DNA of 64,000 bases from Raillietiella orientalis. Taxonomy: Eukaryota. Positions within the stretch are counted from its first letter, which is position 1; every line of letters begins with the position of its first letter. The notes beneath the pieces were generated by a model. That model had not been told where the DNA came from, ran no database searches, and saw only the letters and a list, made by a program, of their open reading frames with translations. A program made the translations under genes and the position numbers. Below, piece after piece: positions 58,901 to 64,000 of the stretch. Location: contig JAYWIR010000016.1 in the NCBI GenBank assembly GCA_036172245.1, positions 2,852,001-2,916,000 on the forward strand, in the 5' to 3' direction.

Positions 58901-60719
58901 CCACGCGGCTCCCCTCGGCGGACGCTGCGCGTGACCCGAGCAATTGTGTAGTCTGGGGGACGTCGTGACTTCCAGCTGGTCAGCATAGGGAGGGAGCGAC
59001 AACGCCCCGCACCCGGGTTCCGGAGATTTGACAAGAATAAGGCTGCTGCTGCTGCTCATTGCAACCAGCGGAGCTGTCACTTTCTCTCGGACTCCTCTCT
59101 CTGGGCTTGCGCCGCGGGCTGAGGGGGAGGAGGAAACGTGTCGCGTGGGTGAGGACGCTTCTACCCTACTTCTCACGAGGGCCACGCCCCACCAATCCCT
59201 CGCTCCTTTGCAAACCCTCCTCTGCCGGCGCCTCTGCGGATGCTCCGGACCAAGGTCGGAGGGCGTTGCCGTGGCAACTGCACTGCACCTGCCTTCGGTT
59301 TCCAGGTTTTCTGTACATCCTGCGCTGCATCCCCCGGGAAAAGAGAGCGAGTGAAGCGCACCTGGTGTCCATGCCACTGCGTGGGGCCTCTCGCTGCACT
59401 TCCCCCTTCTACCGCAAGTGTTCGTTCCTCTCTTCATCGGGGCTGCCTGACCTCCCTCCTCTTCGGGCTCGAAGCTCCTCCCTCATAGCCCTTCCTTCCT
59501 TCCCTCTCCCCCTTGCTGCATCTTTGACTGTTGGGGAGAGGGTAGGAAAGTCTGGAAGAAGGGGGCCCTCCGCGCGCGCTGCCGTGATCGAAGGGTCGAA
59601 CCCCCTCTCTACCGTTCGTGTTCAGTTCCGAGGTGGGCCCGCTAGGAAGAGGTGCGCGCTTCCTCGCAGGGGGATCCTGAGCAGGAGGACTTGGTCCCGG
59701 TCCAGACCGCTTTCAGTCCTGTCATGCCGGGAGGTTCACAGAACAGATAGGAGAGGCAGAGAGCGCTGCTGTCGCCAATCTGGGGCGGAAATCCGCTTCC
59801 GGGGACCTGCCGAGAGAGGTGGACGTCGTCGTCCGCTCAGGGCAGGAGGGGTGTCCCGGTATCCCAGGAGCCCATCCCTACGGGAGGACTCAGCTAGACT
59901 CTTCCTCTTTGCACTCACGCGGTCCCTCTCCGCCCTTCGGAGGGAGGGTCGCGTGCGCTCGATACTTGCAGACGAGAGGGCGCCTGCATCGATGGCTAAG
60001 GGAGCAGCATTCCCCCTTCCTGGAGGAAGGGGGGAGGGATGCTGCGAAACCGGACAATGGAATCATCCCCATCCTCCTCCTACGCATCTTTTCCAGGAAG
60101 TGGCGTGGCCACTGACCCGGAAGCGGTGGTCAGGGATTCCTACGGGGGGTGGAAATCGGAGGGAGCAAGGAGCACACCACCCCGCGGGCAAACATCATTC
60201 TAGAGGAGGGGAAGAACGTGGGTCCTTAGGCGAAGGGCCCACGTTCTTCTCCTAGTCGCTTCCCACCTCTTCTCCCATCTTTGACTCCCTTGACGGCGGA
60301 GCGCCGGGAGAGACGTCGCCTTGAGCGTTCCGAGCAAAAGGAGTCCCGGGGTAGAGGGGAAGGGCAGTGCTCCTGGTGGAACCTCTCCGGACGCTGCCCC
60401 TGGGATCTCCGGAAAAAAGGGGCGCATCGAGATGCCACCGGATCCTTCGGGAATGCAGCCGGGAAGGAACCGAGTTGGGCGCCTGGGGGAGGAGCGAGGT
60501 GGCTCTTGGATGGAGCCCGTGGTGCTGGAGGGGAAGGGGGCGGGGGAAGGCGGAGCGCTCCCGTCGCCTCTGGGCGAGGCCTCGAGCCCCCTGTACCCCC
60601 GCCTTACCTATAACGCAGCATTCCTGCTCCGCGCAGTCCTGCGGGGAAACGCAAGGGTCTCCCCTCGGCAACGCGGTCGCCACGGAGAGCACGATGGATG
60701 CGACTAGTAGCGGCTCCAT
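55934..60719 (-). CDS. Astakine (prokineticin-domain secreted cytokine), 2 exons: 60608-60719 and 55934-56163; about 113 aa
   Basis: MEPLLVASIVLSVATA (signal peptide) LPRGDPCVSPQDCAEQECCVIG|RQAFSIPQCRSLGIYGDICRPFNRPENFSLWYPNG...LCPCEDTFTCDIESMSC: 10-Cys prokineticin pattern. The phase-1 donor GTAAGG matches the acceptor TTTCTAG. Confidence 0.9.
56250..58320. mobile_element. Three decayed ISL2EU-type transposase fragments in the astakine intron (- about 56250-56550; + about 57050-57400; + about 57950-58320)
   Basis: RRSLIESGCAENIKRGG; GKFLCLSTART..RNCVKVLPLSDLPSA; HQWKSRAC..GDISLVSNAF (SQYKSRNT..G.ISFVS.A-like). Confidence 0.4.
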
Positions 60720-63700
60720 GCGTCAGCTATGTGTGCGCCTCCTCCTGCAGGGCGTCCGCCTGGGGCGGCGGCCCCCTGCGGGCTCGAGCGCTCCGCCTCC
60801 TCCGCCGCTCAGGGCGGGCTTGCAGCTCCGAACGGACGGACTCGGCGGCCGTCCCGCGCAACGCGACTGTGCTCGTGCGCGCCATCTCTCGGACAGCGTC
60901 CGCGGCTTCTTTCCTCCCCTTCCTCAGCGTACCCTCCTCCTCCTCTTCCTCGTGTCTCCCTCCCCGTCCTCCCCCCATCCATCGTTGTCGAAGGTGCTTA
61001 GAGGCTGAGGAGGTTCAGAAGGGGACAAGGGGGAGGGACAAGGCGCTCTGCTGCCACCTTTCATCTCTGTCCAACCATTCCTGCCTGCTGCGTCCTTGGT
61101 TTTCCCAGGGACCAGCGAAGAAAGAGGATCGATACAGCCTCTCTCGACTGCTTCCTCCTTGGACCGAAGTTGTCTTCGGTGGTCGCCCGGTACGAAGCAG
61201 AAAGGACTCTGATGAGCGGAGTCACTGCGCGGGCGCAGTGCGCCTCCTGAGACCCCTCGCTTCTCGGCCTTTTGGCTAAGATCAAAGTGGAGACCTCTCG
61301 GGGTGCCCTGCTGCTACCATCAGGCCTGCGCGCTCACGAGCGCACCTCGCGGCCGTTAGCAGGGATGCTCTCCTGCCTGTGTTTACAAGCAGGGGGCCGA
61401 CCGGGAGTGCTCGACCTGGCCCTGTTCCTACGGCGGTTTCCGGGGAGGCCGGGCACGGCAAAACGCGGCTTACCCGAGGGCTTGGGCCCTTCCCTTCCCC
61501 TCCCCATCTTGGACTCCCGCTGGACTGCCCTCGCTCAAGAGAGTCCGCAGTTGTCTCGGATAGGTTGGCCGGCGCAGCACCGCGGCCCCATTACCCAGAG
61601 GCCCTCCCTACACGGCCACACCAGAAGATGGGGCAGGGGGCGGTTCTCCCTGTCCGGGAATTCCTTCCCGGAGAAAAGGAGTGTCCGAATCCAGCCTGGG
61701 GAGCGGAGCATCGGGACCGCCTCGAGCGCCCCTCTCACCCCGATCTCTTCTCGGTGGCACCGTGGGTGGCCTCAGCTTCCCGCCGATGCTGGAACCGAGG
61801 AAGCGCCCTTCCTGAGGGAAACCCTTCTGAGGAAGCGGGAAGGGGCCAGGCCCTTCCGTGGTGAGGGACTCCGGGAGCCGCGGCACACTCTCTTCCCTTC
61901 GTCAAACGCCCTCCGCGCACACGGAACGGCACCTCAGACCCACTTCTTTGGGGCGACTACGCTGCTGCTCCACCCCAATCCCCTCCCGGGAATAATACCG
62001 GGAAGTAGCTGATACATGCACGAGTGACCTCCGAATTCCCTGTCTCCTACCCCTCCGACCAGCGTGAGAAACGTCCGGGCGGGCGCAGACCGGATCTCCT
62101 TCATAGCTTCCGACCCGAACGCTTCCCAGACAAACCGCCTTTCTTGCGGAGGGGGGGATCCGCTGCTGCTTCTCCTCCTCCGAGATTTAGAGGGCTCTCC
62201 CCCTCCCCCCTCCCGTTTCCTTTCTGTCTCTCAACCGGAAGCGGAGGAAGGATGATCCTCCAGACTTCCCTCAGGCGGAGGGCGGCGCTCCCGTCGATCG
62301 TCTCGGGTTTTCCCTCGCCACCAAGGTCAGCGGCTGTCCGGAAAGGGGGGATTCCTCCTCTTCCCGGACAGGCGCTGTGTGGTCTCTCCCTACTTCCCTT
62401 GAGCGCGTTGGCCGAGGAAGGAGGAATCCCCCAGTCGTCCCACGGTTATCCCTGGGACCACTAGCTCTTCCTGCTGACTCCCCTAGCTGTCCCAGAGAGG
62501 TCAGAAGAACTCTATGCGGCCGCGTCAACACCTGCGGAGTGGGCGGCTCATTCCTCGACGCACCTTTCCCGCAGGGGAGAGTTCCTCCGGGATGCGAGGA
62601 AGAAGTGCAAGTCCTGCCTCTGGGGACCTCTCGCTGACCCCCCTCGTCCCCCTTCCTTACTTCCTCGCCCGCCCCTGTCTCCCTCTCCCTCCTGGTGAAC
62701 GTCGCTGGAGGAGGAGTCGCGGGTGCGTTTCGGACGCCGCCAGACCGACGATCCGGGTGTCTCGGTGGAAAAACCGGCAGCACCTGGTTGGTTGGTCTGC
62801 AGAGGCGCGACCTAACCCGGTCCGGGGACGGCCGCTTCGCTACCTGGCCGCAGGAGTGGGAAGACTCTCGGGTCTCCACCGGCTCCCCAGAGGCGCCTAG
62901 GAGCTACCCGGATTAGCGCCGATGGTCATCTCTTAGCTTCTCCAGACCTTCCGGATCCCAGATGTCCCTCGCGCTGCCGCCACCCTGCCTCTGAGAGTTC
63001 CCGGCCTGGCCGCGAGAGCGAAGGAGGGAGGCAACGCGCGCGGCAGGGAGCTGAGGGGATCCCAGGCGTTCTCCTGGCCCCACCGAGCTTCCGGTTTGGA
63101 TGAAACGGGAGGCGTGCGAGTGGTACAGCGACCGTTCGGAATGTGGAATGCTGGAGCGTTTTCTCCACTGCACTCCTTCTCCGGAGAGAAAAAGGGAGGC
63201 TTCCTGGGCTCGGGTCTCCCGGTCCTGCGTGGGTCCGGTAGCGGGCGGGACAGAGGACCTGTGCCGTCTGCTTCCTCGCGCGGTGCGCCTCCCAGCGGAC
63301 GTGCGGGCAGCTGTCGGCCGGCCGGCCTTCGCTCGAGGAGCACAAGGTGGGCAGACCCCCCCCCCCCCTGGCGAGGCACCCGGCCGGGAGAGAGTTAGGG
63401 ACGCTTCCAGGTGTGAGGAAGGGGAGGAAGCGTCCGCTCGCCGGGGAGGCTCCCCGATCTACCACCAGCGAAATTCAGGCAGTTCCGGGGGAATATAGCG
63501 CCGCTTTCCTCCTCCGGTCGCGAGTCGCCTCGGCGACGGCGGATCTGCCTCCTGGGGATCTCTAGGGATTTCCGCTCTTTGCTAATTCCTCCTTCCCCTC
63601 GTTGGTCTCTTCCCCTCGGAGGGCCTCCCGAGGGGCAGCTTCCCGTTCCTGAAGGGAACCGGAAGATTCAGGTGCCGTTCCGGAGGAACCAAAGGACGGG

Positions 63701-64000
63701 GGACAAGAGAGACGGGAAAGAGCGTGCTGAAGGGGGGGGAAGGCAGACGGAAGCGGAAGGCGCCTTCCGCGTTGCTGCGCTCAGCAGAGAGGTGACCTTG
63801 ACTACAGCGGACGCCTTCGCCCCACCAGTGTCCGACGGACGCGCTCCTTGGTGGTGAGGGGTGAACGAGGGTCTTCGGGGGGTGCTTTTTCCCTCCCCGA
63901 TCTCTTCACCCCACGATTCCGACGATCCGCTCCCCGCGGCAGTTCCGAGGGCCGGTGGCCGTCCATAACGCCGCCTTTCGGTTTCGCACCGCCATGGCAA

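Noticed and set aside
59028..59354. Signal-peptide-like ORF (RLLLLLIATSGA) in the astakine intron
   Set aside because: No ATG, the Leu run comes from a CTG repeat, and there is no cysteine framework.

Overview
Eukaryotic, very probably arthropod, genomic DNA: it carries an astakine gene and many GT-AG introns of only about 39-60 nt. AT-rich, gene-dense blocks (about 1-7.4 kb and 47.4-56.2 kb) alternate with GC/CpG-rich blocks (about 7.5-47.4 kb and 56.3-64 kb). Spliced genes reconstructed by hand: prefoldin subunit 1 (+) convergent with geminin (-); two paralogous paxillin-type 3xLIM-only genes (+); ribosomal protein P2 (+) convergent with a sniffer/C-factor-like SDR (-); a two-exon astakine (-); and a U18 box C/D snoRNA in an intron of an apparently non-coding host transcript. 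Most long ORFs in the track are GC-content artefacts. Read across frameshifts, much of the intergenic DNA in both compartments appears to be highly decayed copies of one DNA-transposon type: ISL2EU/PHIS-like, with a Harbinger-type DDE transposase tail-to-tail with a SWIM-YqaJ nuclease gene. These transposon calls come from eyeballed motif matches, their boundaries are approximate, and they need profile searches to confirm.
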